Source: Blasia pusilla (taxonomy: Eukaryota). From it: a DNA stretch of 64,000 nt. The position numbers were made by a program, and so were the translations under genes. Every line of letters begins with the position of its first letter. Positions within the stretch are counted from its first letter, which is position 1. The stretch spans positions 1,240,001 through 1,304,000 of the forward strand of contig CM114271.1 in assembly GCA_050084515.1 (NCBI GenBank), given 5' to 3'. Of this stretch, positions 1 to 11,326 are shown piece after piece. The notes under the pieces were generated by a model. That model saw only the letters and a list, made by a program, of their open reading frames with translations, did no database searches and had not been told where the DNA came from.

Positions 1-611
1 GGTAGAGGTGGTAGGGGTGGTAGAGGTGGACCAGTGGTTGGAGAGCCTACGGTGGCTACCCCTACCACTACGACAAAGTCAGCTATGGCTTCCAGGATTG
101 AGCAGCTGGAGGAGAAGTTGGCTACTATGGCTGGTATCCACCATAGATCAGGTTCGGAAGCAGGGGCTTCCACCTCTTATGGAGGGGATGATCTCTCTTA
201 TATGGCGAGTGCAGCACAGGTTGAGGCATCAGCTGCAGTTACGAGAGGAGCCACTTGAGCGTCAGAGCCACGTGGTGCTACTATGGAGTTGGACCCACAA
301 AGGGGTGAGGTGGGAGGCAAAGCTAGATTCCCAAGTCATTCTTGTTGTCTGAGGTGCTTAGGACTCCATCCATGGTTCCTACGCAGCCTATTGAGCCGAC
401 AGTGGGGATTGAGGCATCTACATTGCGTGTAGTAGACACGGATGCAGCATCCAGTGGAGTATTGCGGATGGCAACTTCAGTGTTGGGATCCCCATTTTTT
501 TCGGCCACGGAGCTGATGGCTTTAGGAGTTGACTTAGCTCCTGTATTTCAGCTAGTTGCCACATTGTGTGAAGATGGGGGTATTACTGCTACACGTGCTA
601 AGGTGGATGAG

Positions 612-1613
612 TGTCGCGCCCCTACTCTCCTTGAACGTCAATCTTTAGTGTTGCGGAAGCGTGCGTTCAGTAGGTCACGAACTCATCGCCGATCTGCACC
701 CAAACACGCACTCTCGTTAGTCGGGTTTGGCCAACCAGCGTTCCAACCCACCCAGTCCTCAACTCGGCGTCTCATCAAGCTCAACCTTCCTTAGTTCCTA
801 GCTCCCAACACATGGCAAGTCCTTCAAGACTTGGAATAGACTTCCTGGTTAGTCCAGGGATCTGAAACGGCACTTACACGCCTAGCGATCCCAACTGTTC
901 AACAGTCCTCGTGTGAGTTCCGAACCGAGACCCAAGTAATTGAGTCGCGGCGTGAAATCCAAGAGGGATGTCTAAAATCGCCTCAATGGACTTGGTGCAG
1001 GTTTTCCAACCCAACGCCCAAACTCGCGTTCCGTTCCATGCCCTTGAGCCGCCCCGTGGCGCCCAAAGTGGGGTTTGGGTTCCAAGCACTCCCAGAGACC
1101 TTCCCCCTTACTAGTACTTCTGGGGTTCTCCAATAACCCCTCCCCTTTGGGAAAAGAGGTCCGGGCCCTTCATTGTGGCCCTCAACCCGACTCCACTTAC
1201 AGTCGTTTTTGGGTCGTATCTCGGCTGCTGCTTATGGGTTTGCAGCGATCTTTAGTGCGTTTGAACCGGCTCTCCATAAGCTTTCCAACGCACTCTTATT
1301 TGCTTCAAACGCATCTCGGCGCTAAAAGTTATGGCCATAAATACAGTCGGAAACTCTCAAACGCAAGTGGCGTTCCAAGTCCGGATCTTTCCTTTGGCAA
1401 CCCACTTCCTAGACTCGACTTCTTTCAAGTCTCATTCCACGTTTGGTCCAGGTTTCCGAGTCGCGACCATCATATCTGAAACGCGACTTCTCGCTCGCGT
1501 CTCATCTCTTGTCTCCTCTTTGAGACAACTCCAACGCGCAAACCATCTTAGCGTGAGCCCGCTAATGTTCCGATGTTCCGCTTGGCACTTGTTTGGTCAT
1601 GAGGGTCGCGACA
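612..1613 (-). repeat. 3' LTR of nested chromovirus
   Basis: Direct repeat of 6929-7924, TG...CA ends, adjacent purine tract on the minus strand. Confidence 0.95.
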
Positions 1614-2275
1614 CTCACCCCTCTTTTAGAGGTTGATGCCCTCATCAACGCAAACCTTTATTATGCCAAGTCTCCTGGGCAGCCTACCCCTTGACATTGA
1701 ATTGCGTTCTGGTGGCTAACCCGCAATTCCTCTTAGTCTTTAGTTGTCGCTTTGCCCCACTTAGAATTATTAGCCTCTCATCTTCGATAAGCCTGGACTA
1801 GTTCCAAGGAACTAACCTATCAAATAAGCTAACTAAGTGTGCAACGTTAGACTCTTTCGACTCATTCGTAAACATCACACCTGCTTACCTGGTCCACAAA
1901 TCGCACTACTATTGGGTCGCTCTCGATTCGACTTAGGCACGTCACTAAATTTACTTATGTGGCCACAAGTAAGATCACCCCAAGCCCCAAGACAGACTTC
2001 ATCCGCCTTCACGACGCTAGGGCGAGCCCGAGTGTAATCCAACACAAGGGTCTGTTCTAGGTGCTTATCCACATACGAGCTCTCACCTCAAATACTCCTT
2101 GTCGCCCTCTTGTCGTACATTCTAAGTCTATGATGAACGACTCATAGCCATGCACTACCACATACAAATTGCAATCAACACGGTATCGAATCTCCAAATC
2201 CATACACTCCTTTATTGCAACACTAGCATATTCTAGTTACAACGCCTTCGCCCAAGATTCCAGTGATTACAAGTC

Positions 2276-5200
2276 ATGTCTCTAGCTTCTCCTCATACTA
2301 ACGTATGTGCTTCGCTTGTGTTCGCTGAAGTCACACAACAACTCTTGCGTGTTCCAAATCCGCCTCCGCAATCCAAGTCGCCTCCTTCACATGGTAGCCC
2401 TTCCATTTTACCAAGTATTCATACTTGTTGGCCCGACGCCTCGAACGTAAGATGGTCTCGACCTCGAACTCCGGCTCCTCATTTACGATGACAAAAAGTG
2501 CGGTCTCACCTGTCTCGCTTCGAAACGTCCATTATCTTGAAGGTATTTCTTCAATAATGACGCATGAAAGGTCGAGTGAATCTTGAACTCGTCCCGGCTG
2601 ACCTCAACGTATACACATCCTCAAACGGGTTTGCCACAATCACATACGGTCCAAAGATACTTGGCAGACAACCCAGAGACAACTCTTTCGGAAGAGTGAG
2701 ATTCTTCACACTCAACCACACTTGTTCTCCAACTTGGAATCGTACTTGGCGCCGACTCTTGTTAGCATACTTCACGTACCTCATTTGAGCCTTTGCAAGA
2801 CTTCGCCTCGCGCTCACTTCTCGTTCTCGCATCTCTACCAGCAAACTTTCTACCGTCGCTTGTCGTGTTCGTGCTAATGTAGTACCCTTCGAAAGGGCTA
2901 GATCAAGAGGCCCTTCGGCTCTCGTCCATTTGCCAGGAGAAACGGAGATTCTCTGTTGCGAGAATAACGCTTGGTCGAGTTGTAGCGAGATTCCGCCATG
3001 CTCACCACTTGACCCAATCGCGTTGATCAAAGACGACATAATTCCTCAAGTATTGATTCACGATAGAGTTTACCTTTTCATCTGTCCATCCGTTTGTGGG
3101 TGGAAAGCCGTCATGAAACTCAGCTTGGTCTTAAACCTTTCGAACAAGTGCTTCCGAAAGCACGGTAAACTTGATCCCGATCTGAAACAATGCTCCTCGG
3201 CAAACCATGAGCACGCCACCGGCTATCGAGGAATAGTTGCGCCGTCGTATACGCCGTTATGGAATCCACCGTCGCACGAATCTCGCCAACTTGCTAAACC
3301 GATCAACAATCACAAGTATAGCGTTGTATCCCCAGATTCGGAAGACTCGTGATGAAATCCATACTCACACTTTGCAAGGGTCCTTCGGGATCGGCAAGGG
3401 ATGCAAAGCAAGCCCTGTTTCTTATCATAAGAGACTCTATTCGCTAAGGTGTCACACAGTCTTCACATATTGAGCAACATCCTCCTTCATGTTGGGCCAA
3501 AAGAACCGCTTCGATGAATGACTAGCGAGATTTCTCTCCTTTATGTCCGCCAAGGGCCCGTCGTGACATTCCGCTAACACCTTGGTTCGATTCCGCCTTG
3601 CCCTACATAGATCCTACTGTTTGAACCTTAGTAAACCGTGCCTCAAACTTATGTTGGCCACCTTCTCACCCCGCTTCAACTTCCTCGTATTCCCCGCTTG
3701 AGCATCCTTCATATATCCTTCACTTAATCCTTCTCTCCAGATCTGTTTCCTTAGGGAACATTGCTCTCAAGACTGTGTCGTCGATGGCATGTGTTCCTCC
3801 TTGCGACTTAACGATCTGGAATCACATTATCTTTACCTGGCTTGTGGATCAACTCTACATCCATCGGCCTAAGGTATCATGCCACCGCAGATTGTTTGGT
3901 GTCACTCGATCCTGGGTCTCAAAATACTTGAGTGATATATTATCGGTGAATACTCGAGTCATGTGGAGCCCTAGATAATGCCGCCACTTCCTCAAGCAAT
4001 GTACCACCGCGAACAACTCTTTCTCGTGAGTAGGCCATCTCCTTTCAGATCGCTAAGCTTCTTGCTCTCATATGCCACCGGTCTCCTTCTTGCACCAACA
4101 TTCCGCAACCGCGAAATCACTAGCATCGGTATGCACTTGAACGGTTTGTCAAACTCCGCAGACTTTAACATTGGTTCTGCGATAGAATCGCTTCACTCGG
4201 TTGAATGCCTCATTAACTTCCTAGGTCCAAGTCGTGTTGGCAAACTTTTCCGTCAATCCGTGAGAGGTCTCACAATTCCCGAAAAGTTTTTACATAAGTA
4301 CGGTAAAATTGCACCGCACCTATGAACCTCCTCATCCCTTTACAAAGTGGATGGGGTTCCCACTCGGAAATCGCTTTTACCTTTTCCATGTCCGGATCGA
4401 CGCCATCTGATCGACCACGTGACCCAAGAATTTGATCTTACTCAAACCAAATTCGCTCTTCTCTACATTCGCATACAACTGATTTGCCCTTAGCTTAGAC
4501 AAGACCGCTCTCACATGTCGAACGTGCTCCTCTAGTGACTTCGAATAGATAAGTATATCATCGATATAGATGATAACATACTCATCCATTTCCTTGTGAA
4601 AAATGGAGTTCATCAATGTGGTGAACGTCGGAGCGCGCGTTACATAGACCGAAAAGGCATCACTACAAACTCAAAGGAACAGATCTCGTCCGCACGCATC
4701 TTCTCCACATACGCCTCGGCAATCCGAATCTGGTAATATCGACTTCAAGTCAATCCTACTGAAATATCTCGCCGCCCTATCAAAGAGATCATCTATCCTT
4801 GGAAGAGGATAATTGTTCGAATCGTCACTTTGTTCAAAGTGCACGGTAATCAACACACACCTCATCTTTCCATCCTTCTTCTTTACAAAGAGAACAGGTG
4901 CTCCATAAGGTGACTTGCTAGTCCTAATGTAACCCTTTTCCAAGAGCTCACTTAATCGCTTTTTCAACTCAAGAAGTTCCTCCTGATTCAACCTATATGG
5001 TGCTTTTGAAGGCGGTTGGGAACCGGGTATGATCTCTATCTTATGATCTACGGCTCTATCGGCGGCAATTCAGTCGGAAGCTCATTTGTCAAGACATCCC
5101 CAAACTCCCTGGACCACTTCGGAGTGGTTCTGGGATTCCCCTTGAGGCGGCGTCCGATCTCTCACAGATATCGCTTGTAGCCTCCTCCACTTGTCTCATC

Positions 5201-6927
5201 AAGCGAGAGAAATCCATCCTCCAACTCAGTCATGCTCCTCCTCGTGATCGAGTTCACCAACTCCATCTTCGCTGGAACCTCACGGACCAACCGCACCTGT
5301 AATCGTTTGCCTTTTAGCAAGACGCTCAATCTCAATGGTCGGGCGTCTTAACTCCACCTCATACGCATCTAGGAATGTATTCCCAAAACTCCGTCAATGC
5401 CGCCCATTTAGATACAAAGTGAAATTCTCCTTCAACTCGAATACCCCGCATCCCTCTTGTCAAACCAAGACCAAATCAGAAGTCCGATGAGACTTGCCTC
5501 CTGCAAATCCCACTCGAATGGGCTCGTCCGCCTTAGAGGTAGACAGCCCCAGTTCCTTCATGATTCTCGGCCTTAGGAAGGAGTGCAAAGCACCTGTATC
5601 TATGAGCAACAACACATCGCGATCAGAAATCTTGGATCTTAGGTACACCAAATTGTGCGTCCTCTTGGTGACTTGAAGGGACGTCTCCATATCGCCCGCC
5701 AACAGATGCTTAGCAGCAAACGCAATCATACTCCCATTACTAACCTTCGGTTTCGAACACCCTTTCGACAGGTGACCCGGTTCGCCACAGTTGTAGCATA
5801 CGACCTTGCCGTTCTCGTCTTTGAGTGTTGTCCTCCTTTCGCCGCATGAAGTTCCACGCTTTTTCTTTGCCGGGCACGACTCTCCTGGTTCGTGTTGGCC
5901 TGATCCGGCCTCTTTTGAACGCCTCCTTATTTTTCGACTTCTTTGAAAAAACTTTTGACTCGAAGGGTTTCTGGGTTTGGACCTCATCGTCCCCAATCCG
6001 CTCCGCTAGCTTCAGAAGGTCCGCGCAGGTCTCTGGCAACGTCGGCATTCGGTAAAGGGCCTTCTCAGCGCTCGGCTTGAGTCCACTAATGAAGATAGCC
6101 TTCCTCGCGTGCTCATCCATCTTGAACTAGAAGTCGGGCCGCACTAAACTCCCTCACATACGCGCTTAAGGAACCACTCTGCCGCATCCGCACGCATTCC
6201 ACCGTGTCACGCAACCCTTGGTACTCCGGAGTGAACCGATCCCCAATCAACTCCTTGAACTCCTCCCAACTCAGAGGTGACTCACCGCCCATATATTCCT
6301 CTCGTTGAGCGGTCCACCATTGCAGAGCATGATCCTTAAGGAAAGTAACGGCTACCGTCACCTTGTCTCGCTTTCAGCTGACCTTCGCGCCTCGAAATCT
6401 GATTCGAGCCCGTAAGGAAATCCTTCACTTTCCGCGAGCGCCCCACTCCAGTAAATGGCGTGGGTAGGTTCGTCTTGCAGAGCTTTTTGCCCGCACTCGG
6501 GTTTCGAGTGGCCTCTAACTCCGCAATCTGCTTGCTTTGCTGGGACATCTGCTCCACCAACACCTTCAACAAGTCCAATGTCCGCTCGACTCCGCCCTTT
6601 CCCTCGAAGTTTGGGCCCACTGCCCCACGGAAGGAGTCGCCACTGGGACGTCCTCACAACTGGCGTTCAGCTCTTCGGGAGTCTCCGACTCCTCTATAGC
6701 TTCACGGTCCGGCATTGGTTCCTCTCTCGGTTCACGTCGCTTGATTCGGCACTTCTTGGGTTGTTCTCCCTCAATCGCCATCTCCAAGCCAACTCACTCA
6801 GATCTCCTCCTCGTTTCTTGCGTCCCTCCTCGGCGCCCGAGTCAGCCGCTACCTTGAAATTTCCCAAGCGTCCGGCTGATCCCACGACCCCAAGTTCTCG
6901 CTCACCAAGGATAAGCTCTGATACCAC
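2276..6927 (-). pseudogene. Frameshifted gag-pol: gag, CCHC knuckle, protease, RT, RNase H, integrase, chromodomain
   Basis: CYNCGEPGHLSKGC and LLIDTGA (ORF 5460-5996), YIDD (4377-4616), GPY-type integrase tail (2551-3039), chromodomain remnant at ~2290-2480 homologous to ORF 30920-31135. Confidence 0.9.
6915..6926 (-). promoter_or_regulatory. Primer binding site, tRNA-iMet
   Basis: Reverse complement reads TGGTATCAGAGC, 2 nt from the LTR edge. Confidence 0.95.
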
Positions 6928-6928
6928 T

Positions 6929-7924
6929 TGTCGCGCCCCTACTCTCCTTGAACGTCAATCTTTAGTGTTGCGGAAGCATGCGTTCAGTAGGTCACGAACT
7001 CATCGCCGATCCGCACCCAAACACGCACTCGTTAGTCGGGTTTGGCCAACCGGGCGCGTTCAACCCACCGAGTCCTCAACTCGGCGTCTCATCAAGCTCA
7101 ACCTTCCTTAGTTCCTAGCTCCCAACACATGGCAAGTCCTTCAAGACTTGGAACAGACTTCTGGTTAGTCCAGGGATCAAACGGCACTTACCACGCCTAG
7201 CGATCCCAACTGCATTCAACGGTCCTCGTGTGAGTTCAACCGAGACCCAAGTAATTGAGTTGCGGCGTGAAATCCAAGAGGGATGTCTAAAATCGCCTCA
7301 ATGGACTTGGTGCAGTTTTTCCAACCCAACGCCCAAACTCGCGTTCCGTTCCATGCCCTTGAGCGCTGGCGCGCCCAAAGTGGGGTTTGGGTTCCAAGCA
7401 CTCTCGGAGACCTTCCCCCTTACTAGTACTTCTGGAGTTCTCCAATAACCCCTCCCCTTTGGGAAAAGAGGTTCGGGCCCTTCATTGTGGCCCTCAACCC
7501 GACTCCACTTACAGTCGTTTTCGGGTTGTATCTCAGCTGCTGCTTATGGGTTTGCAGCGATCTTTGTGCGTTTGAACCGGCTCTCCATAAGCTTTCCAAC
7601 ACACTCTTATTTGCTCCAAACGCATCTTGGCGCTAGAAGTTATGGCCATAAATACAGTCGGAAACTCTCAAACGCAAGTGGCGTTCCAAGTCCGGATCTT
7701 TCCTTTGGCAACCCACTTCCTAGACTCGACTTCTTTCAAGTCTCATTCCGCGTTTGGTCCAGGTTTCCGAGTCGCGACCATCACATCTGAAACGCGACTT
7801 CTCGCTCGCGTCTCATCTCTTGTCTCCTCTTTGAGACAACTCCAACGCGCAAACCATCTTAGCGTGAGCCCGCTAATGTTCCGATGTTCCGCTTGGCACT
7901 TGTTTGGTCATGAGGGTCGCGACA
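6929..7924 (-). repeat. 5' LTR of nested chromovirus
   Basis: Direct repeat of 612-1613, flanked by PBS and TSD. Confidence 0.95.
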
Positions 7925-7929
7925 ATGAG

Positions 7930-9790
7930 GGTGTTGCAGTGGAGCGACCCTCTATGTCACGTATAGCATTGAGTACTAGTGCTACTTGGCAGGCAGCAGC
8001 GGCAAAGGTGGATGCATTACCAGCCCGGCCAGCCATTGATCGTGAGAGGCTTACACCTCGTGTATGTATGTTGGACAACCTGAGTGGGATATTCCGATTG
8101 GTGAGTCCTACAGGACATGTGTATAGACCAGATAGTGTCTTGTCAGACTCTGGTGCCCAACCTTTGATGTTGGGAAAGGTAGCATGTATAGATTTGGATA
8201 TTCGGAGGTCAGAGCTTGAGCCTTGCCCATTCCAGATTCAAACATCACTTGGAGGAGCCAATGATAGGTCTCAATTCATGACACGGTGTCGTATAGTAAA
8301 ATCAACCAGTGTGTAAACTCCTTCGTCATTAAGTGTTAGATAGAGTTTCATTAGTATTAAGTAAATTGGCTTAGAAAAAGGAGATTCTTATGTTTAAACC
8401 TCTTTATGGTGCCTCTTTTATGCGGGCCCAACTTTAGGAAAAGGAGGTAATAAATAAAAGATGACTTTATAAAAGTAAAGTAGTTGCTTTAATGAAAAGC
8501 AAAAGTAGTCTTGGTTGGTGGCTAGATTAGTTGGGGTAATTTGGAAAATATCATGTGGGTAAAAGAGGATATTTTGGAAGAGATAAGAGGAAATCTACTT
8601 GTGTCAAAATGTGATTGGCTAAGCCTTGAGAGGAAGCCATGTGGCACAAGATAAGATAAGCTCTATTTCGTACTCTTGTGGATCCCTTGTGAGTATATAA
8701 AGAGGAGGGACCTTCAAGGGTTCATCACCTTCTATTCCACATCTTGAGTCTCTCGTGTCTCTCTTGAGTGTATGGCTTTGGGATTGCTTGCTCTTCCAAT
8801 GAGAGTGGATCACCCCTCTTGGGAGAGTAACTTGACTATGGTCTATTCTTTGAGAGATTTCTAGAGTGTGGTGTGTGTGTGTGGGGATGAGAGGTTTGTC
8901 ACCGTAGAGGAGTTTAGTCATACTAAAATAGCGGAAGTTTTGGCTTGTCACTTCCCCAATGAGAGTGGATTACCCCTCTTGGGAGAATAACTCCGCCAAA
9001 ACCCATTCTTGAGGAGAGTAGAGAATGTGTGTCAAGCATGGATAGGGGTGGAGCACGAGCTGTGCCCGACTTTCCTTTCCTCAATCCTTACCATGTCAAG
9101 GTACTCTTTGTAGATAGGCACTGGTTCACTCGGTATTTAGTTTATCACTTTGGGGAGGCGTTCATGAACCGGGTCATGCAATCTCCAATTCCGGTAATCC
9201 TTCCTATCGTCACATATGGAAGGACATGGGATTGTACTTTGTATGTCCTTATATAGTGATCCATGGATGTCAATAGGCCTGCTCAAGTAGGGTTTAACAC
9301 TAGTTGTGCTATCTTCCTCGTGTACAAGCGTAAAATAGTCTATAGGGATTTTATAGTTAGGAATTTCGGGGTCCGATGTTACGAAGAAGTGATCGTCTCG
9401 GCACTTCCATTTGTGATACCTGTCGTGAGAGAATGGAGAGTGTACATCATAATTTTGTATTGAAAAAGGAGAACTTATTAGAGAGTTCACCTTGCATCAA
9501 CCGCATCTACCGTAGCTAGAAGGCCCGCCCTTGCTCGAAGAAAGATTCTCGACACGACAACGGGAGAAGTTTTTTGTACAGTTGAGACCAGATCATGCAA
9601 CTGATAGCTCCCTGTTGGGAGTACCTACAGTGGTCACATCAGCCGAGTTGTATGATGTACTAGTTGGAGGAGCAGTATTGTACCCGATGGGTTTTCAGAT
9701 GGATTATTGGACTAAGACAACGTCTTATAGACCTGGTTTGCAGTCCGGGGATGGACGTATGAGCCAAGTTCCTGTGAGATTTATTTATGG
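7930..9790 (+). pseudogene. Aspartic protease domain of copy A, split by a solo LTR
   Basis: VLSDSGAQPLMLG before the insertion and YDVLVGGAVL after it. Removing 8287-9563 restores ...FMTR|EKFF in frame. Confidence 0.75.
8287..9559. mobile_element. Solo LTR of an unrelated family
   Basis: Inverted termini TGTCGT...ACGACA, ACGG duplicated at 8283-8286 and 9560-9563, no recognisable coding domain. Confidence 0.8.
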
Positions 9791-10109
9791 GGCTCGACCA
9801 GGAGGGTCTTTCCCAATGGTGTTAGCATCTGTGGCTGGTTTTAGTGGAGTAGTCACTTGGCCAGGAGACTTTTTGGAGGGTAATGTTTCTGTTATGGATT
9901 CTCCTGTGCATGAGGAGGTAGAGGAGGTCCCTAGTTTTGCAGCAGTCGCATCCTCATCGTTGGATGTGCCACTTTGGAGTTCAAGCGGTGCACTACGGCA
10001 GGAGGCTGATCGCCTAGTGCAGGAGGCTTAGTGTGAGGCTGTTATACCTCACAAGGAAGAGAAGGCCCCACGGCGGACCCCTACTTCTGGTCTAGTTGGG
10101 TTATCCCCT

Positions 10110-10960
10110 TTGGATACTACACCCATTGTATGGCAGTTTCCGCCGGAGGGCATTTGTATGTTACATCTCATTTCCGCCATCAGCTATTCGTGGGTACCAG
10201 CGTGCTTTATCGTCACACATTGTATTGTTGGGGATGCAGGACCTTGGGAGGGTTGGTCCTGTGGATTTGGTGATTGCTGGATGGCCATGTCAAGGTCATA
10301 CACATGCTGGTTGTGGTGAGGGATTACACGAACCTAGGTCTCAATTGTTTTGGGAGATGTTACAGGTGTTACGACATCTTCAGGTTCATCAGGCACGTGC
10401 TCCAGCTTACATTCTGGAGAATGTTCCATTTTTGGGTGACACTCGGACCCGGATGATGGCGAGTGTTCATGAGGTGCGATCTTGGATTGGACCAGGGGTG
10501 TTGTTGGATGCAGCGCGAGTTGGCTCGCGTGCACATCGTCCACGCTCGTGGTGGACAAACTTCTTGCCTAGGGAGGTTCTACGTTGAGCATATGATGCAG
10601 TGCAACGGGATCCTTGCCTTACAGTGGATAGTATCTTGGATACTGGGCGACTTTCTCAAGTGGTGAGGGTTATTGATCGGTCACCCATGGTAGTCTTTGA
10701 ACCGTGTGTGGGCGACCTAGGATGGCACTACCCACATTTGTGAGTTTTCCCTCGTCACATGCCTACAGGGAAGGTGGTCCGGGCTTGTATGGGATTCTCA
10801 TGTGCGACAGTTGGTGGAGCCTAAGGCTGATGAGAGAGAGCGTGCAATGGGATTTGCTACTGGTGTGACAGCGTTTGCTTCCATTTCTGAGGCTTCACGA
10901 CGTCATGTGTTGGGTCAGGCCATGGACCTGAATTGTTTGACTTGGATTTTGAGTCTTGGT
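10110..10960 (+). pseudogene. DNMT3-like C5 cytosine DNA methyltransferase domain within pol of copy A
   Basis: DLVIAGWPCQG (motif IV, PCQ at 10285-10293), YILENV (VI, ENV at 10417-10425), LDAARVGSRAHRPRSWWTN (VIII), ERERAMGF (IX), RRHVLGQAM (X). Motif I/II segment deleted relative to copy B. Stop and frameshift present. Confidence 0.9.
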
Positions 10961-11326
10961 ATGCCCGAGCACCGTCGACTTCGGACTATGTCTGTGGGTC
11001 TTCCACCCCTTGTGATGAGCTCTCACCCCACATCTCTACCTAGACACTACGGCCCTACATAAGTTATGGCCTCTACTAGCACACTATACTCTACGACATA
11101 ATCCGTATGGTCATGACATCCATCCCTTGTGATGAGCTCGATGGCTACCGGGACGGTAGAGACATCGGCTGGGGGCGAGGAGAATAGTATTTTGCATCCT
11201 TGGAATAAATGGGATGTAATGGTTGGGCATGTGGAGTTGGTTGCTCATGCTGGTGGAGGAGTTATTTGCTCAGATGATGGTGTAGCTAAGGGTGTACCAT
11301 TTTGTGAGGGGGTTGCCTAGCAGCCA

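Larger units (their letters stand above)
612..7924 (-). mobile_element. Full-length chromodomain Gypsy (chromovirus-type) LTR retrotransposon nested in copy A
   Basis: LTRs 612-1613 and 6929-7924 (TGTCGCG...CGCGACA), TSD ATGAG at 607-611 and 7925-7929, iMet PBS at 6915-6926, PPT next to 1614, gag-PR-RT-RH-IN-chromo fragments on the minus strand. Confidence 0.95.

Noticed and set aside
1075-1636. Recurrent 100-170 aa ORFs in chromovirus LTRs (also near 7485, 42123, 45143, 57974)
   Set aside because: Recur only because the LTR is repeated, are broken differently among copies, and show no recognisable domain.
10096-10587. Methyltransferase as a host DNMT3/DRM gene or a bacterial restriction-modification contaminant
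   Set aside because: Intronless, no regulatory domains or nuclease partner, colinear with PR and RT in two separate element copies, and motif order is not DRM-permuted.
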